A model generated the notes under the pieces. It worked only from the letters and a program-made list of their open reading frames with translations. It did not search any database and was not told the DNA's origin. The position numbers and the translations under genes were made by a program. From contig DVIJ01000004.1 of the NCBI GenBank assembly GCA_018711415.1, forward strand, positions 6,082 through 70,081: DNA of 64,000 nucleotides, given 5' to 3'. Positions 25,985 to 35,608 of the stretch are shown piece by piece (the stretch's first letter is position 1; each line of letters starts with the position of its first letter). Source of the stretch: Candidatus Scatomorpha merdavium. Its GTDB lineage: Bacteria > Bacillota > Clostridia > Oscillospirales > Oscillospiraceae.

Positions 25985-26908
25985 TTGCCAACTATGCTGA
26001 GAGACGCCGCCATCAGCTTCCCCATGCTCGGCGGCCTCACACTGGACTTCCCCGCGAGCTTCGAGCTCTTCGGCCACACCTTCTACCTCTACGGCGTCGT
26101 CATGGCCATCGCCTTCATCGCCGCCGTGTTCTACGCCTCAAAGCGCGCCCCGCGCGTCGGCATCAAGGGCGACGATATCTTCGGGCTCGTCCTCTGGGTG
26201 CTGCCCATCGCCATCGTCGGCTGCCGCATCTACTACGTCATCGCCGAGTGGGACAGGTATAAGGACAACTTCTGGGACGTTTTCAAGATCTGGGAGGGCG
26301 GCATCGCCATGTACGGCGGGACCATCGCCGGCGTCCTCACCGTCATCGTCTGGAGCCGGGCGAAGAAGATCCGCTTCGGCGCAACGCTGGACGTCGCCTC
26401 CTCCGGCCTTATCCTGGGCCAGGTCATAGGCCGCTGGGCAAACTTCGTGAACCGCGAGGCCTTCGGCCGCGAGACGGATATCTTCTGCCGCATGGAGCTC
26501 ACAACACCGGACGGCACGACCTACAGCGTCCACCCCACCTTCCTCTACGAGAGCCTGTGGAACCTCGTCGGCTTCATCATCATAGACCGCTACTGGTACC
26601 GGAAGGACCACCGGAGGTATGACGGGCAGATCTTCATCTTCTATGTGTTCTGGTACGGCGCGGGCAGGGCCTGGGTGGAGGGCCTGCGGACGGACAGCCT
26701 CTATATCCCCGGAACGAACATACGCACTTCCCAGCTTTTAGCAGCGGCATCCGCGCTTGCGGCGCTGCTCATCCTGCTGGTGAACATAAAGCGGCCGCAC
26801 AGGCCGACCTACGCCGCCGAGCTGGCGGCGCAGTCGGCGCAGGCCGTTGAAAGCACCGAAGAAACCACTGAGAAATCGGAAAAAACGGAGGAAAAGAACG
26901 ATGTCTGA
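25985..26908 (+). CDS. lgt: Prolipoprotein diacylglyceryl transferase
   Basis: 307 aa. WEGGIAMYGGTIAG and GRWANFVNREAFG signatures. TTG 25985 lies 10 nt after AAAGGA (ATG 25994 is the alternative). Acidic C-terminal tail of about 35 aa. Confidence 0.9.
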   Translation: MPTMLRDAAISFPMLGGLTLDFPASFELFGHTFYLYGVVMAIAFIAAVFYASKRAPRVGIKGDDIFGLVLWVLPIAIVGCRIYYVIAEWDRYKDNFWDVFKIWEGGIAMYGGTIAGVLTVIVWSRAKKIRFGATLDVASSGLILGQVIGRWANFVNREAFGRETDIFCRMELTTPDGTTYSVHPTFLYESLWNLVGFIIIDRYWYRKDHRRYDGQIFIFYVFWYGAGRAWVEGLRTDSLYIPGTNIRTSQLLAAASALAALLILLVNIKRPHRPTYAAELAAQSAQAVESTEETTEKSEKTEEKNDV

Positions 26909-27347
26909 TTACAGCGAACTCATAAGGTCCCTCAAGGCCGCTGCGGGCGGCTTTGCGGACATAGCAAAGGACCTGGCCGGAGCCGCCGGAGACAAGGCGC
27001 GCGACCTGGCCGGCGGCGCGGGCGAAAAGGCCAAGGCCCTGGCCAAACTCGCCAAGCTAACGATGGAACTCAGCGCCGAGCGCGACAGCCTCAAAGACGC
27101 CTACGCCGAGGTCGGCAAGCTCTATTTTGAGACCGCCGACAAGACCGCCCCGGGCGAGATGTACGTCCGCGCGTTCGACAGGGTCATGCTCTCCCTCGCC
27201 GCGATAGAGCGGATGGAGACCGAGCTTGCGGAGCTGCGCGCCTGCCTGAACGAGCCCGCCGCCGAGGACGCGGACTTCGAGGAGGTCGTCAGCGCCGCCG
27301 AGGAGGGCATAGAGGTCGAAATAACCGAGGACGAAAAGTCCGAATAA
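26901..27347 (+). CDS. Hypothetical coiled-coil protein
   Basis: 148 aa from ATG 26901 (overlaps the lgt stop by 8 nt). MSDYSELIRSLKAAAGGFADIAKDLAGAAGDKARDL... acidic C-terminus. No family recognised. Confidence 0.5.
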   Translation: MSDYSELIRSLKAAAGGFADIAKDLAGAAGDKARDLAGGAGEKAKALAKLAKLTMELSAERDSLKDAYAEVGKLYFETADKTAPGEMYVRAFDRVMLSLAAIERMETELAELRACLNEPAAEDADFEEVVSAAEEGIEVEITEDEKSE

Positions 27348-27385
27348 AAACCAGCGAGGGGGCCTGCGGCCCCCTCGCTTAAATT

Positions 27386-28003
27386 TCACCTGTCCAGCAG
27401 CTCCATCTCCGCGACGGAGACCTCGTAGGCGACCTTCTCTATCGGGACGCCGTCCACGAGCTTTATGTAGGGCCGGCTCTGGACCCTCCCGCTGAGACCT
27501 ATCCTGTCTCCGATGGAGAGGGAGCCGGCCTCGCGCGCCCGGCGTCCCCAGCAGATGCAGGGCAGGTAGTCCGAGCGGCCGCAGCGCCGGTTCACGGCGA
27601 GCATTAGGTCGCAGATGTCGCGGCCCATGGGCGTGACGCGCAGGTTCGGCGGCTTGCAGAGCGTGCCGGCCAGGCTGATTCGGTTGAGGTCCTCTCCCTG
27701 GTCGAAGCGCAGCTCCCGGGCGAATGCGGTGATGACCAGCCTGGCGCCCTCGCCGCGCCGGTTGTTGAAGGAGCGCAGCTCGCCCCGGACGTAGATCCCG
27801 CCGGACTCGTCCGGCAGGACGGCGGATTCCAGCAGCGACTGCCGCGCGATGACGTTTATGCGGTCCGCCGCGCCCGACAGGCGCCGGGTCTCGACGGGAA
27901 AGACAAAGAACCGCTCGCCGCGGCTCATGTGCGAAAACTGCGGGGCAGCCGCCAGGGCGCCGCGCAGCTCCAGGTCGTTTCTCAAAACAATGCTCTCGTC
28001 CAT
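27386..28003 (-). CDS. Tandem OB-fold single-stranded-DNA-binding-like protein
   Basis: 205 aa. Two internally similar halves (LELRGALAAAPQFS..G..FFVFPV..IYVRGELRS.. and ISLAGTLCKPPNLR..G..ICDLML..IGLSGRVQS..), each with an SSB/PriB-like OB pattern. No acidic C-terminal tip. Confidence 0.6.
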   Translation of the reverse strand: MDESIVLRNDLELRGALAAAPQFSHMSRGERFFVFPVETRRLSGAADRINVIARQSLLESAVLPDESGGIYVRGELRSFNNRRGEGARLVITAFARELRFDQGEDLNRISLAGTLCKPPNLRVTPMGRDICDLMLAVNRRCGRSDYLPCICWGRRAREAGSLSIGDRIGLSGRVQSRPYIKLVDGVPIEKVAYEVSVAEMELLDR

Positions 28004-28092
28004 GCCCTTGCCTCCGTATCGTCGGATGCCCCCGCTCCGGCGGACGCGCCGCGCCGTGTCCGGGGGTCATAAGCAAGATATTCGAAACCGAG

Positions 28093-28121
28093 CTTGTATA
28101 TTCCGGCGCGGCGTATTATAA
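28093..28121 (+). promoter_or_regulatory. deoC promoter
   Basis: TTGTAT (28093-28098), 17 nt, TATAAT (28116-28121). AAGGAG SD before ATG 28151. Confidence 0.55.
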
Positions 28122-28150
28122 TGGCCAAAACAGGATAAGGAGAACTTGAA

Positions 28151-28834
28151 ATGGAGCTTAAAGACATACTTTCCCGCTGCGACCACACCCTGCTCCGGGT
28201 AGACGCCGGGGAGGACGAGATCCGCGCCATATGCGACCAGGCGGTGAAGTATTCCTGCGCCTCGGTCTGCATCCCGCCCTGTCACGTGAAGGGGGCGAGC
28301 GGCTACCTGGCCGGCCGGGTCCCGGTCTGCACGGTCATAGGCTTCCCGAACGGCTATATGACCACCGCCGCCAAGGCCTTCGAGGCCGCGGACGCCGTGA
28401 AGAACGGCGCGGACGAGATAGACATGGTCGTGAACCTCGCCATGGTGAAAGACGCCGCCTGGAGCTCCGTTTCGGAGGACATCAGGGCCGTGCGCGCCGC
28501 CTGCGAGGGGAAGGTCCTGAAGGTCATCATAGAGTGCTGCCTGCTCACGGACGACGAAAAGCGTATGCTCTGCCGCATCGTGTCGGACTCCGGCGCGGAC
28601 TTCATAAAGACCAGCACTGGCTTTTCGACAGGCGGGGCCACGCGCGAGGATGTGGCGCTGCTGCGCGCCTGCTGCGACAGCAAGATAAAGGTCAAGGCCG
28701 CGGGCGGGATAAGCTCGCTCGAGGACGCCGAGGACTTCATAAAGCTCGGTGCGGACAGGCTCGGCACCAGCCGGATAGTGAAGCTCGCCATGGAGCTTGA
28801 GAAGGCCGAGGGCGCTCCGGAGGAGGATTACTGA
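28151..28834 (+). CDS. deoC: Deoxyribose-phosphate aldolase
   Basis: 227 aa. CDHTLL, VCTVIGFPNG, ADEIDMV, Schiff-base block DFIKTSTGF, KVKAAGGI. Confidence 0.93.
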   Translation: MELKDILSRCDHTLLRVDAGEDEIRAICDQAVKYSCASVCIPPCHVKGASGYLAGRVPVCTVIGFPNGYMTTAAKAFEAADAVKNGADEIDMVVNLAMVKDAAWSSVSEDIRAVRAACEGKVLKVIIECCLLTDDEKRMLCRIVSDSGADFIKTSTGFSTGGATREDVALLRACCDSKIKVKAAGGISSLEDAEDFIKLGADRLGTSRIVKLAMELEKAEGAPEEDY

Positions 28835-29190
28835 TGAACGACAGACGCCGGGGCCGCCGCGTGACCTACCGGCCCAGCCGTGCGAGCGGCGTTGTGGGAA
28901 TCGTGGGCGGCTGCATTTTTCTGCTCATCGGCATCCTTGTCGCCATTCCGAACCTCGGTGCCTTCGGCGCGCTCTGGACGGCGATGGCCGCGGCCATAAC
29001 GGGCTATAACGCCTATGTGGTCTTTGGGAAGAAATACATCGGCCCGGAGATCCGCATAGAGGACGAGGACGGCGCCGGGCAGGACGAGCCGGAGGAGCGG
29101 CTGCGCAAACTGCGCGAGCTCTACGACCAGCGGCTCATAACGGAAGAGGAATACGAGGAAAAGCGGAAAAAGATCCTCGAGGAACTCTAA
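28834..29190 (+). CDS. SHOCT-domain membrane protein
   Basis: 118 aa. Two TM helices, then RLRKLRELYDQRLITEEEYEEKRKKILEEL (SHOCT pattern). TGATG overlap with the deoC stop. Confidence 0.75.
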   Translation: MNDRRRGRRVTYRPSRASGVVGIVGGCIFLLIGILVAIPNLGAFGALWTAMAAAITGYNAYVVFGKKYIGPEIRIEDEDGAGQDEPEERLRKLRELYDQRLITEEEYEEKRKKILEEL

Positions 29191-29196
29191 AAGGGC

Positions 29197-29225
29197 TTGA
29201 CAAGGCGGCGCCGTTCTGATATATT
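29197..29225 (+). promoter_or_regulatory. infC-rpmI-rplT operon promoter
   Basis: TTGACA (29197-29202), 17 nt, TATATT (29220-29225). Confidence 0.6.
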
Positions 29226-29231
29226 AACTAG

Positions 29232-29366
29232 GCTCAAAACAAAGAAGAACGGTGTCCGCCGTCCTCACCCGGCCGCAAGAGCGCGCCGCGGTCAATAACA
29301 TACCCGCCCCGAGTGGGCGGCAGAGTGTTGTTTCGGCGCGGATATCGAAAGATGTCTGCGTTTTTT
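29232..29366 (+). promoter_or_regulatory. Ribosomal protein L20 leader-type transcription attenuator
   Basis: Structured leader of about 135 nt between the promoter and the infC SD, ending in a terminator hairpin plus T6. Position and layout match the Firmicute L20 leader. Covariance model not run. Confidence 0.55.
29337..29366 (+). terminator. Attenuator terminator of the L20 leader
   Basis: cgcggatatc gaaa gatgtctgcg (10 bp including 2 GU), followed by tttttt. Confidence 0.6.
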
Positions 29367-29397
29367 GCTAGGCTGGAAGATTTTGCGGGAGGTGTTT

Positions 29398-29982
<585 letters not shown>

Positions 29983-30010
29983 GCAAACCAAGGGAAGGAG
30001 AAATATAGCC

Positions 30011-30208
30011 ATGCCGAAACTGAAAACCCACAGCGGCGCGAAAAAGAGGTTCAACCTCACGAAATCGGGCAAGGTAAAGCGTGCTCACGCCTTTAAGAGC
30101 CACATTCTCACCAAAAAAGACACCAAGCGCAAGAGAGGCCTCCGTCAGGGCGCCTACGCGGACGTGACGAACGAGTCCGCTATCAAGCGCATGATCCCGT
30201 ATAAATAA
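30011..30208 (+). CDS. rpmI: 50S ribosomal protein L35
   Basis: 65 aa. [36 protein letters not shown]. Confidence 0.97.
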   Translation: MPKLKTHSGAKKRFNLTKSGKVKRAHAFKSHILTKKDTKRKRGLRQGAYADVTNESAIKRMIPYK

Positions 30209-30225
30209 GAGGAGGTCGCAGCGAA

Positions 30226-30579
30226 ATGGCCAGAGTCAAAGGCGCGATGATGACGCGCAAGAGAAGAAATAAGATGCTTGGTCTCGCGAAGGGCTACTGG
30301 GGCAGCAAGTCCCGCCACTTCAAGATGGCCAAGGAACAGGTGATGAAGTCCGGCCGCTACGCCTACGCCGGCCGCAAGCAGAAGAAGAGAGACTTCCGTC
30401 AGCTGTGGATCACCCGTATAAGCGCCGGCTGCAAAGCCAACGGCATGAACTACTCCACCTTCATGCACGGTCTCAAGAAGGCCGGTATCGACATGAACCG
30501 CAAGATGCTCTCCGAGACCGCCATCCACGACGCCGCCGCCTTCACCGCCCTCTGCGAGAAGGCCAAGGCCGCCCTGTAA
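30226..30579 (+). CDS. rplT: 50S ribosomal protein L20
   Basis: 117 aa. [39 protein letters not shown]. Confidence 0.97.
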   Translation: MARVKGAMMTRKRRNKMLGLAKGYWGSKSRHFKMAKEQVMKSGRYAYAGRKQKKRDFRQLWITRISAGCKANGMNYSTFMHGLKKAGIDMNRKMLSETAIHDAAAFTALCEKAKAAL

Positions 30580-30594
30580 AAAGGCAAAAAGATA

Positions 30595-30629
30595 CCCCCG
30601 CGCCGAAAGGGCGCGGGGGGTTTTGTTTT
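30595..30629. terminator. Bidirectional terminator (rplT / beta-CASP gene)
   Basis: cccccgcgcc gaaag ggcgcggggg (10-bp GC stem). ttttgtttt follows on the plus strand and tctttttgcc on the minus strand. Confidence 0.8.
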
Positions 30630-32233
30630 CACTTCATGTCGCGCAGGATGGCTTCGATGCGCTCGGTCCACTTTTTGAGCTCCTTGTTCGGCCTGCCCTC
30701 GGCGGACTTTGCGGCGAGCAGCAGCCGCTCCGCTGCGGAGATGAAAGCCGCGAGGTAACGGTTCATGGGCTTCTTCGCCGCCGTATCGCTCCGCTTCACG
30801 GGGACGGGCGGGGCCTCGTAGAGGAATTCGCTCCGGGCGAGGTCGTAGACCGTGCCGCTGTAGGGCGCATAGGCCCGGCAGCCCAGGTCCTCGTTCAGGC
30901 AGCGGGTGAATTCGGCGCAGGCTCCGTCGTCGCCGTGGTTCACAAAGACCTGGCCCGGCCGCTTCTCAAAGCCCGAAAACCAGGCGATGAGCCCCTTCTT
31001 GTCCGCGTGACCGGAGACGCCCGGCAGCCAGCTTATCTCCGCCCGAACGGCGATGCTCTCGCCGAAGAGCTTGACCTCCTTCGCCCCGTCGTAGAGCATA
31101 CGGCCGAGCGTACCCTCGGACTGGTAGCCCACAAAGAGCACAAGGCTCTCCGCCCGCCAGAGGTTGTGCTTGAGGTGATGCCGTATCCGGCCCGCGTCGC
31201 ACATGCCGGAGGCTGAGATGATGACCTTCGGCTCCCTGTCCTCGTTTATGCGCTTGGACTCCTCGGAGCTGACGGAGACCTCCAGCCCGTCGAACACGAG
31301 CGGGTTTATGCCGCGGTTCAGGATTGCGCGGGTCTCGTCGTCGAGGAAGCTGGTATCGCACTGGAGAAAGACGCTCGTCGCCTCAATGGCGAGGGGACTG
31401 TCCACATATACCTTAAAGCCGTCGTGGCCCTTTACAAGGCCCTTTTCCTTTATTTCGCGGATGAAATAGAGCATCTCCTGCGTCCGGCCGACGGCAAAGG
31501 CCGGGATGACAACGTTCCCGCCCCTGTCGAGCGTGCGCTGGATCATCTGCGAGAGCGCGCCTATGTAGTCGGGCCGGCCCTCGCCGTGGGACCTGTCTCC
31601 GTAGGTGGACTCGATGACGAGGTAATCCGCCTCGCGGACCGTCTGCGGGTCACGCAGGATGGGCTGATTGGTGTTGCCGACGTCGCCGGAGAACACCAGC
31701 TTTTTCGTGACCCCGTCCTCCGTGAGCCAGAGCTCGATGCAGGCCGAACCCAGAAGGTGGCCGATGTCCGTGAAGCGCAGGACCACGCCCTCCGCAACGT
31801 GGACGGGCTCGCCGTAGGCGCAGGGGCGCAGGCGCTTCACCAGGGCCTCGACGTCGTCTATGTCGTAGAGCGGCTCGACGGGCGCGCCGCCGGCGCGCTT
31901 TGCCTTGCGGGTCTTGTACTCGGCCTCGCTCATCTGGATGTGCGCCGAGTCGCGCAGCATGATGTCCGCGAGCGAGCAGGTCGCCGCCGTGGCGTAGACC
32001 GGCCCGGAAAAGCCGTTTTTCGCCAAAAGCGGCAGCTTGCCCGAGTGGTCTATGTGGGCGTGCGTCAAAAGCGCGAAGTCCACCTCTGCCGGGGAGACGG
32101 GCAGCTCCTGATTTTCGAACATGTCCCGCCCCTGCTCCATGCCGCAGTCCACGATGAAACGCGTCTTGCCGACCTCTACCAGGGTGCAGCTTCCGGTGAC
32201 CTCATGCGCCGCTCCCAGGAAAGTTATCTTCAA
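30629..32233 (-). CDS. MBL-fold metallo-hydrolase with beta-CASP domain (RNA-metabolising, RNase J/CPSF-like)
   Basis: 534 aa. TTG start 6 nt after GGGAGG. MKITFLGAAHEVTGSC, LLTHAHIDHSG, later GHAD. 15 nt downstream of the lepA stop. Confidence 0.85.
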   Translation of the reverse strand: MKITFLGAAHEVTGSCTLVEVGKTRFIVDCGMEQGRDMFENQELPVSPAEVDFALLTHAHIDHSGKLPLLAKNGFSGPVYATAATCSLADIMLRDSAHIQMSEAEYKTRKAKRAGGAPVEPLYDIDDVEALVKRLRPCAYGEPVHVAEGVVLRFTDIGHLLGSACIELWLTEDGVTKKLVFSGDVGNTNQPILRDPQTVREADYLVIESTYGDRSHGEGRPDYIGALSQMIQRTLDRGGNVVIPAFAVGRTQEMLYFIREIKEKGLVKGHDGFKVYVDSPLAIEATSVFLQCDTSFLDDETRAILNRGINPLVFDGLEVSVSSEESKRINEDREPKVIISASGMCDAGRIRHHLKHNLWRAESLVLFVGYQSEGTLGRMLYDGAKEVKLFGESIAVRAEISWLPGVSGHADKKGLIAWFSGFEKRPGQVFVNHGDDGACAEFTRCLNEDLGCRAYAPYSGTVYDLARSEFLYEAPPVPVKRSDTAAKKPMNRYLAAFISAAERLLLAAKSAEGRPNKELKKWTERIEAILRDMK

Positions 32234-32248
32234 CTTGTGCCTCCCTTC

Positions 32249-34051
32249 TCACTCGTCCAGCTTGAGCACGGCGAGGAAAGCCTCGGTCGGTATCTGGACC
32301 GTGCCGAGCTGGCGCATCTTCTTCTTGCCCTCCTTCTGCTTTTCAAGCAGCTTTTTCTTTCTCGTAATGTCGCCGCCGTAGCACTTGGCGAGGACGTCCT
32401 TGCGCAGGGCCTTGACAGTCTCGCGCGCGATTATCTTGCCGCCTATCGCGGCCTGCACCGGCACCTCGAAAAGCTGGCGCGGGATGTTCTCCTTGAGCTT
32501 TTCGCAGAGCTTGCGCGCGCGGGGGTAGGCCTTGTCCTTGTGCGCGATGAAGCTGAGCGCGTCCACCTGCTCGCCGTTTAAGAGCATGTCCACCTTCACA
32601 AGCTCCGAGGGCCGGTAGTCGGCCAGCTCGTAGTCGAGGGAGGCGTAGCCCTTGGTCCGGGCCTTGAGCGTGTCGAAAAAGTCATATATTATCTCGTTGA
32701 GCGGCATGAGATAGTGCAGCTCAACGAGCCTGGCGTCCAGGTACTGCATATTCTTATACTCGCCGCGCCTGTCCTGGCAGAGCGGCATGATGTTGCCGAC
32801 GAACTCCTGCGGCGTGATGATGGTGACGTTCACATAGGGCTCGCTGGCCTCCTCGATGGAGGCCGGGTCCGGGTAGTTGTGGGGGTTGTCCACGCGCACC
32901 ATCGTGCCGTCGGTCTTTTTGACCTCGTAGATGACGGAGGGCAGGGTGGTGACGAGGTCAAGGTCGAACTCGCGCTCGAGCCGCTCCTGGATGACCTCCA
33001 TGTGCAGCATCCCGAGGAAGCCGCAGCGGAAGCCGAAGCCGAGGGCGACGGAGCTCTCCGGCTCGTAGGAGAGCGAGGCGTCGTTGAGTTTGAGCTTGTC
33101 GAGGGCGTCGCGCAGGTCGGGGTATTTGGAGCCGTCCTCGGTGTAGATGCCGCAGTATACCATCGGCCTTGCCGGGGCGTAGCCGGGCAGGGGCTCCGCG
33201 GCGGGGCGCGCGGCCTCCGTGACCGTGTCGCCCACCTGGGTGTCCGCTACGTTCTTGATGCTGGCCGTGAGGTAGCCGACGTCGCCGGCGGCGAGTTCCG
33301 CGCAGGGCTCGAGCCGCGTGGGCCGCAGGTGGCCGACCTCCACGACCTTGTACACCGCGCCCGTGGCCATGAGCTTTATCTCCATGTCCTTGCGCACCCT
33401 GCCGTCCATTATACGCATGAGCACGATGACGCCGCGGAAGGAGTCGTACTGGCTGTCGAACACGAGGGCCTTGAGCGGGGCCTCCGGGTCTCCCTGCGGG
33501 GCAGGCACGCCCTTGACGATCTCCTCGAGCACGGCGGGGATGTTTATGCCGTTCTTGGCGGAGATCTCCGGCGCCTCCATGGCCGGGATGCCGATGATGT
33601 CCTCGATCTCGGTCTTGGTGCGCTCCGGGTCCGCGGCGGGGAGGTCTATCTTGTTGATGACGGGCAGGATCTCGAGGTCGTGGTTCATGGCGAGGTAGGT
33701 GTTCGCCAGGGTCTGCGCCTCGACGCCCTGGGAGGCGTCCACGACGAGCAGCGCCCCCTCGCAGGCCGCGAGCGAGCGGGAGACCTCGTAGTTGAAGTCC
33801 ACGTGGCCCGGCGTGTCGATGAGGTTGAGCGTATACTCCTCGCCGTCCTCGGCCTTGTAGGAGAGGCCGACGGCGCGCGCCTTTATCGTGATGCCGCGCT
33901 CGCGTTCGAGGTCCATGTTGTCGAGTATCTGGCTCTCCATCTCGCGGCTCTCGACCGCGCCGCAGAGCTCTATGAGCCTGTCGGAAAGGGTGGATTTGCC
34001 GTGGTCAATGTGGGCAATTATGGAAAAGTTCCTGATGTGGTCCTGTTTCAT
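32249..34051 (-). CDS. lepA: Translation elongation factor 4
   Basis: 600 aa. [31 protein letters not shown]-terminal LepA-specific region. Confidence 0.97.
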   Translation of the reverse strand: MKQDHIRNFSIIAHIDHGKSTLSDRLIELCGAVESREMESQILDNMDLERERGITIKARAVGLSYKAEDGEEYTLNLIDTPGHVDFNYEVSRSLAACEGALLVVDASQGVEAQTLANTYLAMNHDLEILPVINKIDLPAADPERTKTEIEDIIGIPAMEAPEISAKNGINIPAVLEEIVKGVPAPQGDPEAPLKALVFDSQYDSFRGVIVLMRIMDGRVRKDMEIKLMATGAVYKVVEVGHLRPTRLEPCAELAAGDVGYLTASIKNVADTQVGDTVTEAARPAAEPLPGYAPARPMVYCGIYTEDGSKYPDLRDALDKLKLNDASLSYEPESSVALGFGFRCGFLGMLHMEVIQERLEREFDLDLVTTLPSVIYEVKKTDGTMVRVDNPHNYPDPASIEEASEPYVNVTIITPQEFVGNIMPLCQDRRGEYKNMQYLDARLVELHYLMPLNEIIYDFFDTLKARTKGYASLDYELADYRPSELVKVDMLLNGEQVDALSFIAHKDKAYPRARKLCEKLKENIPRQLFEVPVQAAIGGKIIARETVKALRKDVLAKCYGGDITRKKKLLEKQKEGKKKMRQLGTVQIPTEAFLAVLKLDE

Positions 34052-34356
34052 TTTTCGCTGTCCTCCGCAATATTTTCGGCCCGTTCCGCGAGGTCCCTGA
34101 GCTGACGGGCGAGCTCGCGCAGCTGCCAGCCCGCCGTGGGCGCGCCCGGCTCCGCCGTTCTGCCGAGCATATAGTCCGCCGAGACGCCGTAGTAGTCGCA
34201 GGCGCGGACGACGAAGTCCAGCCCGGGCTCTCTTATGCTTTTTTCGTAGTGGCTGAGCAGGGCCTGGCTGATGTGGAGCTCTGCGGCGGCGGTCCGCTGG
34301 CTCATTCCCCGCTCCCGGCGCAGCGCGCTCAGGACCTGGCCGAATGTACTGGACAT
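34048..34356 (-). CDS. XRE-family helix-turn-helix transcriptional regulator
   Basis: 102 aa. [37 protein letters not shown] overlap of its stop with the lepA start. Confidence 0.85.
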   Translation of the reverse strand: MSSTFGQVLSALRRERGMSQRTAAAELHISQALLSHYEKSIREPGLDFVVRACDYYGVSADYMLGRTAEPGAPTAGWQLRELARQLRDLAERAENIAEDSEK

Positions 34357-34389
34357 GCGCTCCCTCCGCTCATTTTGATTACAAATAGT

Positions 34390-34418
34390 ATTATAACTTC
34401 CTCAAAGCCCCTTGTAAA
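34390..34418 (-). promoter_or_regulatory. Promoter of the XRE-lepA-betaCASP operon
   Basis: Minus strand TTTACA (34418-34413), 17 nt, TATAAT (34395-34390). Confidence 0.55.
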
Positions 34419-34432
34419 CCCCCCTTCAGGGC

Positions 34433-34461
34433 TTGCAAAGCGGAGAGCGGGGTGGTAAAAT
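34433..34461 (+). promoter_or_regulatory. pta promoter
   Basis: TTGCAA (34433-34438), 17 nt, TAAAAT (34456-34461). Confidence 0.55.
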
Positions 34462-34517
34462 TGGGGCTTGACAGGCAGGCGGAGCGTCCGCCAAATCAAG
34501 ATGGAGGCTGTTGCACA

Positions 34518-35516
34518 ATGTTTGAGAATCTTATTGAAATACTCAAGAAAAACCCCAGGAAGATAGTCTACCCCGAAGGAACGGACGCCCGTATCCTCGA
34601 GAGCGCCGCAAGGCTCAAGGCCGGCGGCTTCCTCACGCCTGTGCTCATCGGCAACGCGGCCGAGGTCAAGGCCGCCGCGGCCAAGGGCGGCTTCGATATA
34701 GACGGCCTGGAGATCATAGACCCCGATGATTACGCGGACTTCTCCGAGATGGTCGAGACGATGTTCACGCTGCGCAAGGGCAAGCTCAGCCGCGAGGACT
34801 GCGCCGCCGCCCTCAAGAAGTCGAACTACTTCGGCACCATGCTGGTCAAGATGGGCAAGGCGGACGCCCTGCTCGGCGGCGCCACCTACTCCACCGCGGA
34901 TACGGTCCGCCCCGCGCTGCAGCTCGTAAAGACCAAGCCCGGCGCGCACCTCGTGTCCTCCTGCTTCGTGATGGTCCGCGGGGACGAGACCCTTGTCATG
35001 GGCGACTGCGCCATAAATATCGACTATACGGACACCCTCGATAAAGACGGCAACGTCACGTTCTCCGCGGCGGACAAGCTCGCGGAGGTGGGCGTGGAGT
35101 GCGCCAGGACCGCCAAGGTGTTCGGAGTGGACCCGAAGGTCGCCTTCCTCAGCTACTCGACCAAGGGCAGCGGCCACGGCCCCGCCGTGGACCTCGCCCG
35201 CGAGGCCTGCCAGAAGGCCAAGGCCCTCGCCCCCGAGCTCGACATAGACGGCGAGATGCAGTTCGACGCCGCCGTCTCCCCCACCGTCGGCCAGCTGAAG
35301 TTCCCCGGCTCGAAGGTCGCGGGCTACGCCAACACCTTCATCTTCCCGGAGATCCAGTCCGGCAACATCGGCTACAAGATCGCCCAGCGCCTCGGCGGCT
35401 TCGACGCCTACGGCCCCATCCTGCAGGGCCTGAACGCCCCGATAAACGACCTCTCCCGCGGCTGCAACGCCGAGGAGGTCTACCAGATGTCCATTATCAC
35501 CGCCGCCCTCGCCTGA
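34518..35516 (+). CDS. pta: Phosphate acetyltransferase
   Basis: 332 aa from ATG 34518 (GGAGG upstream). KIVYPEGTDARIL, GGATYSTADTVRPALQ, SRGCNAEEV. Confidence 0.93.
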   Translation: MFENLIEILKKNPRKIVYPEGTDARILESAARLKAGGFLTPVLIGNAAEVKAAAAKGGFDIDGLEIIDPDDYADFSEMVETMFTLRKGKLSREDCAAALKKSNYFGTMLVKMGKADALLGGATYSTADTVRPALQLVKTKPGAHLVSSCFVMVRGDETLVMGDCAINIDYTDTLDKDGNVTFSAADKLAEVGVECARTAKVFGVDPKVAFLSYSTKGSGHGPAVDLAREACQKAKALAPELDIDGEMQFDAAVSPTVGQLKFPGSKVAGYANTFIFPEIQSGNIGYKIAQRLGGFDAYGPILQGLNAPINDLSRGCNAEEVYQMSIITAALA

Positions 35517-35526
35517 AGAATCAAAC

Positions 35527-35560
35527 GCGCGCCGGAATGTCCTCCGGCGCGCATTTTTTT
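35527..35560 (+). terminator. pta terminator
   Basis: gcgcgccgga atgtcc tccggcgcgc (10 bp), followed by attttttt. Confidence 0.85.
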
Positions 35561-35608
35561 GCCTCGTGTGGATATATATAAAACATAAGGTATCCACAGG
35601 AGGCGCGC

